Source: Candidatus Cloacimonadales bacterium
GTDB lineage: Bacteria; Cloacimonadota; Cloacimonadia; Cloacimonadales; JAFGVF01
DNA: 64,000 nucleotides
Direction: 5' to 3'
NCBI GenBank assembly: GCA_963662585.1
Contig: OY759729.1
Span: 1,120,001-1,184,000 of the forward strand
The position numbers and the translations under genes are program-made. The notes under the pieces were generated by a model. It was given only the letters and a program-made list of their open reading frames with translations. It had not been told where the DNA came from and did not search any database. Positions 1-9,635 of this stretch are shown piece by piece; position 1 is the stretch's first letter; every line of letters starts with the position of its first letter.

Positions 1-1165
1 TAACTATTCCTCTAATTCCGTATTGAACTTCTTCTATTAGGGCAATAAGAGCATCACGGTTATAGGTCCAGTGAGCATTCAAATCACCAACATTTACCAT
101 TTTAGTATTAGATTGTTCAATAGTTATTTCTTTAATTCCTAAGTAGTAGACTACATAATCTTGACGAGAACCATTTGCCTCATACCAATCATAACCATTA
201 GTAATCCCATCATCATAACCATCCATATAGGTAGAAGGAGCATCTTCATGAACTGCATCAGCATAAACTCTACTTATCTGTTGAAACCAAGTATCGTCAG
301 GATGCAGGCCAGGTATTGTGTCCCAAGGATAATTAACTAATTCTGCACCACCATGGGTATTAGCAGACATCACAAGACCTTTACCAGTCATGAAAGCAAT
401 TTGGTCTAAATTCTCTTGAGAAACTGATGTCGAAGAACCTGTTCCTGGATAACCATCAATAAAATCTATGAAGTTACGATTAGGGTCAAGATTATTAGCA
501 AGATATCTTCTTGCTCCACTAACATTATCATTACCACCATAATAAGTTCCATCTGGGTTTGATAAAGGATTTATCCATATTTCAGTATTATCAAGAAGAT
601 TTGTTATTTGAGTATCTGTGCCATAATTAGTGAGAAGCTCATCTATTAATCTAAGCAGGAGAATATAAGTAACTAGTTCATCACCATGCATTTGACCTGA
701 ATAATAAAAACCAGGTTTTACTGCTTCTTGAGTAACATTGTTGGTAATTTTAACTACAGGAATCTCTCTATTATTTTGGGAATAGCCTATATTTTGAATT
801 GAACATATTTCAGGATAGTTAGTGGCAAAACTATTCATGAGATCTAAATAAACTTCATAAGTAGGATATCTGTCCCAATTACCCATCTGGGTAATATCAG
901 TTGCCATAGTAAGCACAGCTCTTTGGTCACGAGGTAAAGTTAATTCTTCATAAGCAATACCTTTATTCTCTAAGGCTTCTATTTCATCTGGTAAGGCATA
1001 CGCATAGAGAGTAGAACCTTCTCTTTTATCAATGGAAACTAAATTTGTTATTATGGATATATCTTCTCGAGAAGTAATCTCAATTGATATATATTTTTCA
1101 GGAACATCACTGAATAAAGCCGTAGCAAGTATCAAAAATATTAAAATAATCACTTTTTTAAGCAT
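1..1165 (-). CDS. Secreted M14 zinc carboxypeptidase (3' end runs off the window)
   Basis: Not in the ORF track; translated by hand from ATG at 1165 (RBS GGGGAG). Signal peptide MLKKVIILIFLILATALFS, then M14 motifs GQMHGDE (HxxE), INPLSNPDG, DPNRNF and SANTHGG. The frame is open to position 1. Confidence 0.85.
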   Translation of the reverse strand, partial: MLKKVIILIFLILATALFSDVPEKYISIEITSREDISIITNLVSIDKREGSTLYAYALPDEIEALENKGIAYEELTLPRDQRAVLTMATDITQMGNWDRYPTYEVYLDLMNSFATNYPEICSIQNIGYSQNNREIPVVKITNNVTQEAVKPGFYYSGQMHGDELVTYILLLRLIDELLTNYGTDTQITNLLDNTEIWINPLSNPDGTYYGGNDNVSGARRYLANNLDPNRNFIDFIDGYPGTGSSTSVSQENLDQIAFMTGKGLVMSANTHGGAELVNYPWDTIPGLHPDDTWFQQISRVYADAVHEDAPSTYMDGYDDGITNGYDWYEANGSRQDYVVYYLGIKEITIEQSNTKMVNVGDLNAHWTYNRDALIALIEEVQYGIRGIV

Positions 1166-1260
1166 AGGTTCTCCCCTTATGTGTAGTTGCAAGTATATTT
1201 GTAATTAGAGAATATTATGTCAATAGAAAAAACGAGGCAATATTAGAAAAAAAGAATATA

Positions 1261-1283
1261 AAGCCCCGCATTAAGCAGGGCTT
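1261..1283 (-). terminator. Probable intrinsic terminator
   Basis: Hairpin AAGCCCCGC-ATTAA-GCAGGGCTT directly downstream of the minus-strand ECF operon. Confidence 0.55.
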
Positions 1284-1322
1284 CTATTTTATATCTCTAT
1301 TTATTTGTTCTGTTAGGAAAAA

Positions 1323-2528
1323 TTACAATTTCAACATCCCCATATTGGAGATAACATCATTCTCTGTTTCTTCTTCTTCATTCTCTTTTTTGGTAGAGGT
1401 ATTAACTAACTCCCCTTTATTAAGAGTTGTTTTAAGTTCAACTAAGCCATAAAGAGATTCTGGAGCTAAGATTTGACCATAGTTTTCTAGGATATCAATC
1501 TTTTCGTAGAAAAGGTCCGGGTCAATCTTTTCATCAAAGCTCAGTACCCCTTTATTGATGATAAAATATGGTTCTTTAGAGTATTGAAGTTCTAATTGAG
1601 TAATCTTTTTCTCACCGTTATTTATTAAGAGTTTCCCTTTATAAGAAGTAATTTGGATATCTGAGTCAATTACTTTAATCAAAGCATCCACAAGATTTTT
1701 ATGAGCAAGGATTCTTTTACATTTAAGAATCTTTCCCATACCTGTCTCTAAATCAGCTTCAGTAACATCTTCTTTGAATACTATACTTCCCTGAGAGAAT
1801 ATATTTTCTTTATTCATTCTTTTAACTTGGAGAGAATCTAACTGGGACATACCTTGGAGAATTTTACAATTATCAGGAATGAGTCTTAGACTACCTTGTA
1901 CTTCAGCAAGCTCTTCAAATATCGTCTGATATTTCTCTCTAATTGATGCTAGACCCATCAAGGATATCTGTTTAATTTTCTTTTGGAAGAGATCAGTATC
2001 TATATCATCAAGCATAGTTACACTTCCCATTATTTCTAAGACAACTCCATCTTTCAAAGAATTTAAATAGTTATTAGTAATGTCTTTACTGCCCTTAACA
2101 GACACTCTATCCTTGGAGAATTCTCTAATAACTCCTACATTCTTGACTACTTTACTCTTGATATAGCCTATCAATTCTTTGGGAGCGTTAATTACCCCAA
2201 TATTGTAGATACCGGCAATTTTCTCTTGAATTAATTCAGGAGTAACATCTTCATCAATGCTTAGAACACTGACAACAACGCTTTTCAATGGAGTTTCAAG
2301 GGTCTCCAACATAATTTTATTTATTTCTAAATTACCAACTTCTAATTTATAATCTTCAGCTATTTCTTCAACCATTCCTGTATTGGATATAGCAATATTG
2401 GAGATTAAATTTTTCACTCTTTGGGAATATATTACGATTCCTGTATTACTAATTTGGGATATATTTTTTAAAGTCTCTTCGTCAGCAAATCTTAAATCAA
2501 CAGCACCAATATTTCTTATTTTTTTCAT
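1323..2528 (-). CDS. Soluble hypothetical protein with about four ~78-aa internal repeats
   Basis: 401 aa, RBS AAGGAG. Repeating blocks of the type (E/D)D(V/I)(T/D)P(E/D)L..EKI..I.N.G.I.AP. No signal peptide or TM helix seen. Confidence 0.8.
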   Translation of the reverse strand: MKKIRNIGAVDLRFADEETLKNISQISNTGIVIYSQRVKNLISNIAISNTGMVEEIAEDYKLEVGNLEINKIMLETLETPLKSVVVSVLSIDEDVTPELIQEKIAGIYNIGVINAPKELIGYIKSKVVKNVGVIREFSKDRVSVKGSKDITNNYLNSLKDGVVLEIMGSVTMLDDIDTDLFQKKIKQISLMGLASIREKYQTIFEELAEVQGSLRLIPDNCKILQGMSQLDSLQVKRMNKENIFSQGSIVFKEDVTEADLETGMGKILKCKRILAHKNLVDALIKVIDSDIQITSYKGKLLINNGEKKITQLELQYSKEPYFIINKGVLSFDEKIDPDLFYEKIDILENYGQILAPESLYGLVELKTTLNKGELVNTSTKKENEEEETENDVISNMGMLKL

Positions 2529-2539
2529 TTTTAACTCCT

Positions 2540-2683
2540 TTATCTCCAGATGTGGTTTTCTTCTCTGATTTTTTGTAGTTCTTCAATATCGTCTTCTGAA
2601 AATTCTTCTTCATCTTCACTCGTTTTGAATGGGATTAAATGCATGATAATCCATTCTCCTAAAGATAATAATCTTGTTTCCAT
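2540..2683 (-). CDS. Small acidic 47-aa protein between the ECF sigma and the repeat protein
   Basis: Read by hand: METRLLSLGEWIIMHLIPFKTSEDEEEFSEDDIEELQKIREENHIWR. RBS-like GGTAGGTG upstream; overlaps the end of the sigma gene; its stop TAA abuts the RBS of the next gene. Confidence 0.55.
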   Translation of the reverse strand: METRLLSLGEWIIMHLIPFKTSEDEEEFSEDDIEELQKIREENHIWR

Positions 2684-3147
2684 GTGTAGTCACCTACCTT
2701 CACTCTTAATCTATCCAAGGCCTTTTTAAGTTTCCACCTAACAGTAGAAGGTGATATTTCTAAATCTTGGGCGATCTCTTGTGAATTCATCCCTAACCAA
2801 TATTTGCTATAGACTATATCGCGTTCTTCTTCGGGCAATTCAGCAAGAAGTTTTTCCACTTGGGTAGTTAAAACAAGGTTATCTTCATAACTAGTAACTA
2901 CTCCAAGTGAGATATTTTCGATTCTTTCTTTTCTTTTCTTATCAATAAGAATATTTTTAATTACAGTAAAAAGCCAGCTTCTGATTTGATTAGGAGTAAG
3001 CCTGGCAAGAAGAAGGGAATTATTGATTATCTTTAAATAGCAATCTTGCACCATATCATCGGCAAGGTCTTTGTCACGAGCTATTGACAAAGCATAATCT
3101 GCTATCAGCTCAGAATATTCAACAATTATCTCTTCTATTTTTTCCAT
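2659..3147 (-). CDS. ECF (sigma-70 group 4) RNA polymerase sigma factor
   Basis: 162 aa. Region 2: LADDMVQDCYLK...SWLFTVIKN.LID. Region 4: L.EEER.IV...YW.GMNSQEIAQDLEISPSTVRWKL. Confidence 0.92.
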   Translation of the reverse strand: MEKIEEIIVEYSELIADYALSIARDKDLADDMVQDCYLKIINNSLLLARLTPNQIRSWLFTVIKNILIDKKRKERIENISLGVVTSYEDNLVLTTQVEKLLAELPEEERDIVYSKYWLGMNSQEIAQDLEISPSTVRWKLKKALDRLRVKVGDYTWKQDYYL

Positions 3148-3171
3148 TTTTATCTCCTCTTCATAAACTAA

Positions 3172-3197
3172 GACGAATAACTACTAAGAAGTGTTGG
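3172..3197 (-). promoter_or_regulatory. Putative ECF autoregulatory promoter (AAC-N17-CGTC)
   Basis: Minus strand reads CCAAC-ACTTCTTAGTAGTTATT-CGTC about 25 nt before the sigma ATG, matching the general ECF -35 AAC / -10 CGT pattern. Confidence 0.55.
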
Positions 3198-3333
3198 TAT
3201 TTTTTTATCTTTTTTTGATTTGTCTAGTTTTAAATAATTAAAGTCTTTATTATTGCATGAAGTTATAAAAAAAGCTTGCCATTATTATCTAGTATTATTC
3301 AATGTAGGAAATGAATTAAATCAGAGGAATAAT

Positions 3334-4938
3334 ATGTTAGATAAATGGAGTTTTGAAGCACTTGATTTAAGAGAAATATTAGACAGAGTTGAAACATTCT
3401 CAGAATTAGGCCGAAAATATAGAAACAATCTTAAATGTTGGCTTCCCGGCCAAGAGGATGATTTAGTTAACTACTTCCAGCTTATTACTGAAGTAATTGA
3501 TAAAATTTCCGGTAATCAAGTTCTTCAGGATAAGCTTAAAGGTGAACTTTATCATCTTAAAGACATCAGTTTCAGCCTTAATCGCTTAGGCAAAGATATT
3601 CAGATTCATGAGCTTTTCGAGATTAAACAATTCTGCTACTTCTATGAAAGATTAAGACTTCACTTAGCGAAAAGTAACTTCAAATTAGTTGAATTATTCC
3701 CTCATTTAAGAAGAGTTTTTACTATTTTAGACCCTGAAGAACAGGAAGTGCCAACTTTTAAAATTAGCAGTTCTTATTCTTTAGAACTAGCCCATGTTCG
3801 GGAAGAAATTGCTTCGCTATCCAGGAAAAAGAAGATAAACCAACAGTTGTTTAGACAGAAGGTTATGGAAGAACTTAATTTAAGCAAGATTGAAGAAAAG
3901 TTCATTGTTTCCAATATGAATCATGATTTGAAATTGAAAGTCGATGAATCATCCTATTTTGGTATTCAGGAAGAGAATTTCGCTAACACTATCTATTATC
4001 TCAAGTATCCAGATGATATGAAAGACTTTGAATACAAGCTTAATAAGCTGTTCATCAAACAAGAAGATTTAAGTAATGAAGTTATTTTCAAACTCTCCCA
4101 ACAATTAGTTAAGTATCAAGAAATTCTCATAAATGCCCATAAAATTATTGCTAAATTCGATGATGTTTTAGGTAAATCTATTTTTGCTTTAAAATATGAT
4201 TGCACTATCCCTCATCTTACTAATGAATATTGCGTAGAGATCGTGCAAGCAGTTAACATACCAGTTTATGATGCCTTAAAAAGAGTTTCCATCAAGTATC
4301 AAAAGATAGATTTAATGCTTGATAATAAGATGAATATCCTAGTCGGAGCTAATATGGCGGGAAAATCTACTGCTTTAAATACCCTAGGACAGTTTAGTTA
4401 TTTAGTTCAACACGGATTCCCTGTCCCTGCTCACAAATGCAAAATACCTCTCTTCGATTATATTCTAGTAACTGGCGACGAAGCTAATCAAAAAAGTATT
4501 GATTTAAGTAGTTTTGGTAAGGAGATGGTTAGAATAAATTCTTATTATAACAGGAAAGGGAAAGGACTCTTCATCTTAGATGAATTTGCTAGAGGTACTA
4601 ATCCTAAAGAAGGAAATGCTCTCTCCAGAGCACTTTTCGAAAGCCTTAAATCTAAGAATAACTTTACTTTCTGTGCTACTCATTTTAATTCACCTTTGGA
4701 AATTCAAGCCGTAGCTCACTATAATATTCCAGGCATTACCCAAGAAGATTTTCAAGATATTCGCAACCAAAATCAAATTAATCCTGATAATAGACTTAAA
4801 GCCCTCCACAAAAAGATGAAGTATAATTTGGTGAGAGTTTCCGGTCAAAAAGAGACTCCACAAGCCGGTTTGATGATTGCTGAACTGCTAGGAACTGATG
4901 AAGAGATTATCAAAAAAGCAAGAGAATATCTGAAGTAG
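3334..4938 (+). CDS. MutS-family ATPase (domain V; no mismatch-binding or Smr domain)
   Basis: Walker A GANMAGKS, DLSSFGKEM, Walker B ILDEFARGTNP, ATHF and a C-terminal IAELLG HTH. Start moved to ATG 3334, which has RBS AGAGGA. Confidence 0.85.
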   Translation: MLDKWSFEALDLREILDRVETFSELGRKYRNNLKCWLPGQEDDLVNYFQLITEVIDKISGNQVLQDKLKGELYHLKDISFSLNRLGKDIQIHELFEIKQFCYFYERLRLHLAKSNFKLVELFPHLRRVFTILDPEEQEVPTFKISSSYSLELAHVREEIASLSRKKKINQQLFRQKVMEELNLSKIEEKFIVSNMNHDLKLKVDESSYFGIQEENFANTIYYLKYPDDMKDFEYKLNKLFIKQEDLSNEVIFKLSQQLVKYQEILINAHKIIAKFDDVLGKSIFALKYDCTIPHLTNEYCVEIVQAVNIPVYDALKRVSIKYQKIDLMLDNKMNILVGANMAGKSTALNTLGQFSYLVQHGFPVPAHKCKIPLFDYILVTGDEANQKSIDLSSFGKEMVRINSYYNRKGKGLFILDEFARGTNPKEGNALSRALFESLKSKNNFTFCATHFNSPLEIQAVAHYNIPGITQEDFQDIRNQNQINPDNRLKALHKKMKYNLVRVSGQKETPQAGLMIAELLGTDEEIIKKAREYLK

Positions 4939-4997
4939 AATTGAGAATTGAGAATTGAGAATGGAGACTTGAGAATGGAGAATGGAGAATGGAGATT
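4937..4997 (+). repeat. Heptamer tandem repeat (GAGAATT/GAGAATG)n
   Basis: About 8-9 units beginning within the TAG stop of the MutS-like gene. Confidence 0.95.
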
Positions 4998-5016
4998 AAA
5001 AGATTAGGTGCTTCTT

Positions 5017-5990
5017 AACTGGGAATGTGGGCTTCCAGCCCGCATCATTGCGAAGCAATGATATATCTTAAATCCCGAAGGGATTAAATAGATTAGCCCA
5101 GGGTCTCATTTTTTGAAGAAAAATTGACCCTGGGTATGGCAAACCAATATTTGTGTAACCCTGTAAGGGTTTAATAGAGAAAATAATAATTGCTAAAAAA
5201 TCGGTCAAATTATTTAGGACTGGACAATTTTCACACGAATTAACGCCTAGGGGCTTCGTTCATTATGCCATCCCAGATTAAGACGAATTTTCACGAATGT
5301 AGGGGCGTATTGCCATACGCCTTCTTGAAAAGTCCCTTAACACAGAGTAAAAATGAGTTTTAAGAAAAGTTCTCAGAGTTTTTAAGAAAAGTTTTGAGAA
5401 TGTGATAAAACCTCTTCTGTCGGACGGTGGACATTTTGTCCGCCTCATTGTGGAACAATGATAATCCCAGCGGGATGACCTATAATAGGGAGTGTTTGCA
5501 ATAGCAGTAAAGCCTTTTCAAGTGCCTTCTTTAGGCTATATAGTTAGTCTTCCCTTGCTCTTTCTCAATCAAGCCAATCATTTTTCAAGTTTTATTTGAA
5601 ACAACAGTTGGGGAGGATTGGAGGACTAAAGGATATGAAGGGAAAACTGCGAGTGTGGGTCTGAAACCGCATCATTGCTAAGCAATGATATATCTTAAAT
5701 CCCGAAGGGATTAAATAGATTAGCCCAGGGTCTCATTTTTTGAAGAAAAATTGACCCTGGGTATGGCAAACCAATATTTGTGTAACCCTGTCTTGTGAGG
5801 GCTAAGCATTAGCGTAGACTCAAAGGGTTTAATAGAGAAAATAATAATTGATAATAAATCGGTCAAATTATTTAGGACTGGACAATTTTCACACGAATTA
5901 ACGCGAATGTAGGGGCTTCGTTCATTATGCAATCCCAGATTAAGACGAATTTCTCGAATTAAGAAAAGAAGCTTTCAATTCTAAATTCTG
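5017..5990 (+). repeat. Mosaic of REP-like hairpin modules with an internal ~250-bp direct repeat
   Basis: 5041-5290 is repeated at 5668-5952. Modules include AACTGGGAATGTGGGCTTCCAGCCCGC, ATCATTGCnnnGCAATGAT, AATCCCGAAGGGATT, CCCAGGGTC..GACCCTGGG, GTAGGGGCGTATTGCCATACGCC and GTCGGACGGTGGACATTTTGTCCGCC. Several recur as the reverse complement at 26.9-27.8 kb. Confidence 0.9.
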
Positions 5991-5998
5991 ATTTTATC

Positions 5999-7345
5999 TT
6001 ATTTCCCAATACAAAAGTTATCAAAAATTGAATTTAACAGATCATCATCGGTAATTTTTCCAATCACCTCTTCTAAGTGAGCAGAAGCTTCTTTAAGATC
6101 AAAGGCCGTAAATTCATAACCGATAAAGTTATCAATTGAAATAATAGCTTGTTCTATCGAAACAATACTCTTTTCTACAGCAGAAATCTGACGAGAGTTA
6201 GTTAATAAACCTGATTCTAATTCTTGGTCAGATAAAACAATCTGAGACAAAATTGCCTCTTTTAGAGGAGCTATTCCTTGAGCAGATGAAGCATAGCAAG
6301 AGATATAATCAGGGTAGAGAGAAATTTGCTCAGGAGTAAGGAGATCTGATTTGTTAAGAACTTTAATAATTTTATCAGAATTAAGTCCTTTAACAAAATT
6401 ATCATAATCTTCTTTAGTAGCATTACCATCGGTTATATAGAGAATTAGATCACTTTGTTCGATAATTTCACGAGAACGATTTATTCCCATCTGTTCGATA
6501 GTATCTGTTGTTTCTCTAATTCCAGCAGTATCATAAATTCTGATTAGATAGCCACCTAAAGCAATAACTTCCTCAAGATAATCTCTGGTGGTTCCTGGGA
6601 TAGGGGTAACGATAGCTCTCTCAGTCTCCAAAAGCATATTAAAAATGCTTGATTTGCCTACATTAGGTTTTCCAATAAGACTAACCTTTAAACCTTCCCT
6701 AATGAGTCTTCCTTGCTTACCTGAAGATACTAAAGTATTTAACTTACTAGTTAAACTAAGTAAGTTCACTTTTAATTCAGCTAAATCAATATCTGGGACA
6801 TCGTCATCGAGGAAATCTATCTCAAGTTCTAATTGAATTCTATAGTGGGAAAGTTCATCTAAGAGAGTAGAAATTCGCTTAAACAGAGAACCATCTAATT
6901 GATTAATAGCCAGAGTCTGAGCTTTCTGAGTCTTGGCTTGAATCATATCATTAACAGCTTCAGCTTGGGTTAGGTCAAGTTTGTTGTTGAGATAGGCCCG
7001 TAAGGTAAATTCTCCAGGTTTAGCTAATCTAATCTTCTTTTGCAAGGCTGAAAGAATAGAGTTTGCCACAAACATAGAACCATGACAAGAGATTTCCACA
7101 GAGTTCTCGCCTGTAAAGCTATTTGGGGCAAGGAAAACAGAGCATAAGACCTCATCAAGAAGTCTGCCATCTTCAACAATCTTGCCATAAACAAGAGAGT
7201 GGGATTTAGCTTTTAAGAGCTTTTCTTGTGGTTGGAATATTTTAGCAACCTGCTCAACTGCGTCTTCCCCACTAACTCTGATAATATGCAAAGCTCCGCT
7301 ACCTACTGGGGTTGCCAGAGCTGTAATAGTATCTGAATAGTACAT
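5999..7345 (-). CDS. mnmE: tRNA modification GTPase MnmE/TrmE
   Basis: DTITALATP, GEFTLRAYLN, GKPNVGKSS, GTTRD, DTAG, NKSD and C-terminal FCIGK. Confidence 0.98.
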   Translation of the reverse strand: MYYSDTITALATPVGSGALHIIRVSGEDAVEQVAKIFQPQEKLLKAKSHSLVYGKIVEDGRLLDEVLCSVFLAPNSFTGENSVEISCHGSMFVANSILSALQKKIRLAKPGEFTLRAYLNNKLDLTQAEAVNDMIQAKTQKAQTLAINQLDGSLFKRISTLLDELSHYRIQLELEIDFLDDDVPDIDLAELKVNLLSLTSKLNTLVSSGKQGRLIREGLKVSLIGKPNVGKSSIFNMLLETERAIVTPIPGTTRDYLEEVIALGGYLIRIYDTAGIRETTDTIEQMGINRSREIIEQSDLILYITDGNATKEDYDNFVKGLNSDKIIKVLNKSDLLTPEQISLYPDYISCYASSAQGIAPLKEAILSQIVLSDQELESGLLTNSRQISAVEKSIVSIEQAIISIDNFIGYEFTAFDLKEASAHLEEVIGKITDDDLLNSIFDNFCIGK

Positions 7346-7350
7346 CTTAA

Positions 7351-7647
7351 TTAAGGTATTTTGATCTTCTGTTTTTCAGGATCAGGATTTTGGCGATAGA
7401 GAATCCCGACATTACCGATTAAGTCGATAGCTATAGCATTAACTTCTTCTGCGATTTGAGGGAAGAGCTCTTTCTTCTCTTCTTTAAAGTCTGAAAACTT
7501 AATTTTAATCAATTCTTTTAGTTCTAGTTCTTCATCTATTGTTTTAATAACTTGTTCAGAAACACCTTTGCCACCAATCATCACAGCAGGGTTAAGTGAG
7601 TGAACAAGTTTCTTTAAATATGCTTTTTGTTTTCCAGTAAGATTCAT
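7351..7647 (-). CDS. yhbY: CRM-domain ribosome assembly RNA-binding protein YhbY
   Basis: 98 aa: LTGKQKAYLK...LNPAVMIGGKG...ELIKIK...IGN.GILYR. Confidence 0.92.
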   Translation of the reverse strand: MNLTGKQKAYLKKLVHSLNPAVMIGGKGVSEQVIKTIDEELELKELIKIKFSDFKEEKKELFPQIAEEVNAIAIDLIGNVGILYRQNPDPEKQKIKIP

Positions 7648-9497
7648 TTTAATTCCTTTAAGATTTTTTCTTTTATAGCTTCAGGAGTGAAGCCTATTTC
7701 TTGGTAAAGTAAATTTACATTACCGTGTGTTACAAAACTATCAGGGTAGCCAATATTTAAGGTTCTTGTTTTGTCAAGATAGTTACTAATTAATTGCCCA
7801 ATCCCGTTCACAGTGCTACTATGTTCAATAGTAACGACTAAATCAAATTTATTTTTCAGGGAATCAAGATAGTCATAATCAAGTGGTTTTATAGTTCTCA
7901 CATTTATCAATTCTGCTGAAATATTATCCTCTTCTTGAAGTTTCTGTCTAACTTGATAAGCTAAGTCTAAAGCATGCCCAACAGAGAGAATTGCTATTTT
8001 TTTACCAGATTCAATCAAATTAAATCTTCCTAATTCAAAAGGAGTATGGTTATTGTGATCAGAATTAATTGATCCTCGGGGATAACGAATTATGATAGGT
8101 CCAGCTTGATATTGAGAAGCAAAAGTAAGCATCTCATGAAATTCTAATTCATAAGCTGGAGTCAAAATTACTAAATTAGGTATAGGCAAGAGAAAAGATA
8201 TATCAAAAGCCCCATGATGTGTTGCCCCATCTTCTCCAACTAAACCAGCCCTATCTAAGCAGATAACAATGGGTAGTTTTTGTAAGGCTATGTCATGAAT
8301 AATTTGGTCGTAAGCTCTTTGGATAAAAGTAGAATATATTGCGACAAAAGGTTTTATACCCTTAGTTGCTAGTCCTCCAGCAAAAGTAATTGCATGTTGT
8401 TCAGCAATTCCTACATCAAAGAATCTACTTGGAAATTTCTTTTCAAATTGGGTTAAGCCAGTTCCATCGCTCATAGCCGCAGTAATTGCCACTATCTTCT
8501 TGTTCTCTTGAGCCAAGGAGACTAACTTCTCCCCAAAACTAGAAGACCAATTTTGGAGTTTTCTCTTCTCCGTTTCACCAGAAGTAGCGTTGTAAGGACC
8601 TAAACCATGAAACTTACTAGAGTTGTTTTCAGCAATGGAAAAACCTTTCCCTTTAGTTGTTACAACATGAAGCAGAATAGGTCCTACCATATTGTACTTA
8701 ACCTTATTTAGAACTCTAATCAAGCGGGGAATATTATGACCATCTACAGGTCCAACATATTTAAAACCAAGATCTTCAAAAATAATGTTAGGAACCAAGA
8801 TGTTTATCATACTCTCTTCCATCTTCTGGGCTCCTCTAATAAATCTACTTCTGATAGAACGAGGCAGGGTTGAAGAGAAATCCCAGACCTGCTTCTTTAA
8901 AGCATTGTAAGAGCGACTTACCAACATATTAGTTAGATACTTTTGCAGAGCTCCTACATTTTTAGATATGGACATATTGTTATCATTAAGAATTACCAAC
9001 ATTTTATCTTTTGAGAGATGGCCTGTATGGTTTAGAGCCTCAAAAGACATTCCGCCCGTTAAAGCACCATCTCCAATTATAGCAATACTATAACCAGATT
9101 CCTGATTAAGCTGTTTGGCACAAGCTATACCGAGAGCGGCAGATATGGAAGTCGAACTATGACCAACTCCAAAAGCATCACACTTACTCTCGAAAATATT
9201 GTTAAAGCCACTTATTCCTTGATATTGCCTTAAGGTATCAAAATCTTCATTGCGTCCTGTTAGGATTTTATAGGCATAGGATTGATGTCCCACATCCCAG
9301 ACAATTGCATCTTCAGGAGGAGAAAAAACCTTTAGTAGAGCAATTACTAAATCTGTTGCACCCAGACTAGGAGCCACATGTCCTCCATTCCGAGATGTCA
9401 CTTCTATTATTCTCTCTCTTACTTCCTGAGCAAGCTTCTCTAATTCTTCAATATTCAGTTTCTTTATTTTTTCTATTTTATCTATATCTTTTAGCAA
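7644..9497 (-). CDS. dxs: 1-deoxy-D-xylulose-5-phosphate synthase
   Basis: GGHVAPSLG, WDVGHQSY, GHSSTSISA, GDGALTGG, DVGIAEQHA, DGATHHG. The likely start is TTG at 9497 after AAGGAG; the ORF-track start is 9557. Confidence 0.97.
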   Translation of the reverse strand: MLKDIDKIEKIKKLNIEELEKLAQEVRERIIEVTSRNGGHVAPSLGATDLVIALLKVFSPPEDAIVWDVGHQSYAYKILTGRNEDFDTLRQYQGISGFNNIFESKCDAFGVGHSSTSISAALGIACAKQLNQESGYSIAIIGDGALTGGMSFEALNHTGHLSKDKMLVILNDNNMSISKNVGALQKYLTNMLVSRSYNALKKQVWDFSSTLPRSIRSRFIRGAQKMEESMINILVPNIIFEDLGFKYVGPVDGHNIPRLIRVLNKVKYNMVGPILLHVVTTKGKGFSIAENNSSKFHGLGPYNATSGETEKRKLQNWSSSFGEKLVSLAQENKKIVAITAAMSDGTGLTQFEKKFPSRFFDVGIAEQHAITFAGGLATKGIKPFVAIYSTFIQRAYDQIIHDIALQKLPIVICLDRAGLVGEDGATHHGAFDISFLLPIPNLVILTPAYELEFHEMLTFASQYQAGPIIIRYPRGSINSDHNNHTPFELGRFNLIESGKKIAILSVGHALDLAYQVRQKLQEEDNISAELINVRTIKPLDYDYLDSLKNKFDLVVTIEHSSTVNGIGQLISNYLDKTRTLNIGYPDSFVTHGNVNLLYQEIGFTPEAIKEKILKELK

Positions 9498-9570
9498 GGT
9501 TTTCTCCTTAGTGGATATTCCAACATCTAAAATTAAATTATCCCTAATATTCGTCAAGTGATATCTCTGC

Positions 9571-9599
9571 TTGACAAGAATACTTATTCTTAGAAAAAT
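9571..9599 (+). promoter_or_regulatory. Putative sigma-70 promoter for the double dNK gene, back-to-back with the dxs promoter
   Basis: TTGACA-N17-AAAAAT on the plus strand; TTGACG on the minus strand at 9557-9552 faces dxs. Confidence 0.45.
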
Positions 9600-9635
9600 A
9601 TTTTAAAGCTAAACTGATTAATATGAAGGACTTTT

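Noticed and set aside
5720..5932. 70-aa ORF in the mosaic region (also 26426-26689 and 61287-61469)
   Set aside because: Repeat-derived or intergenic sequence with no RBS and no recognisable motif.
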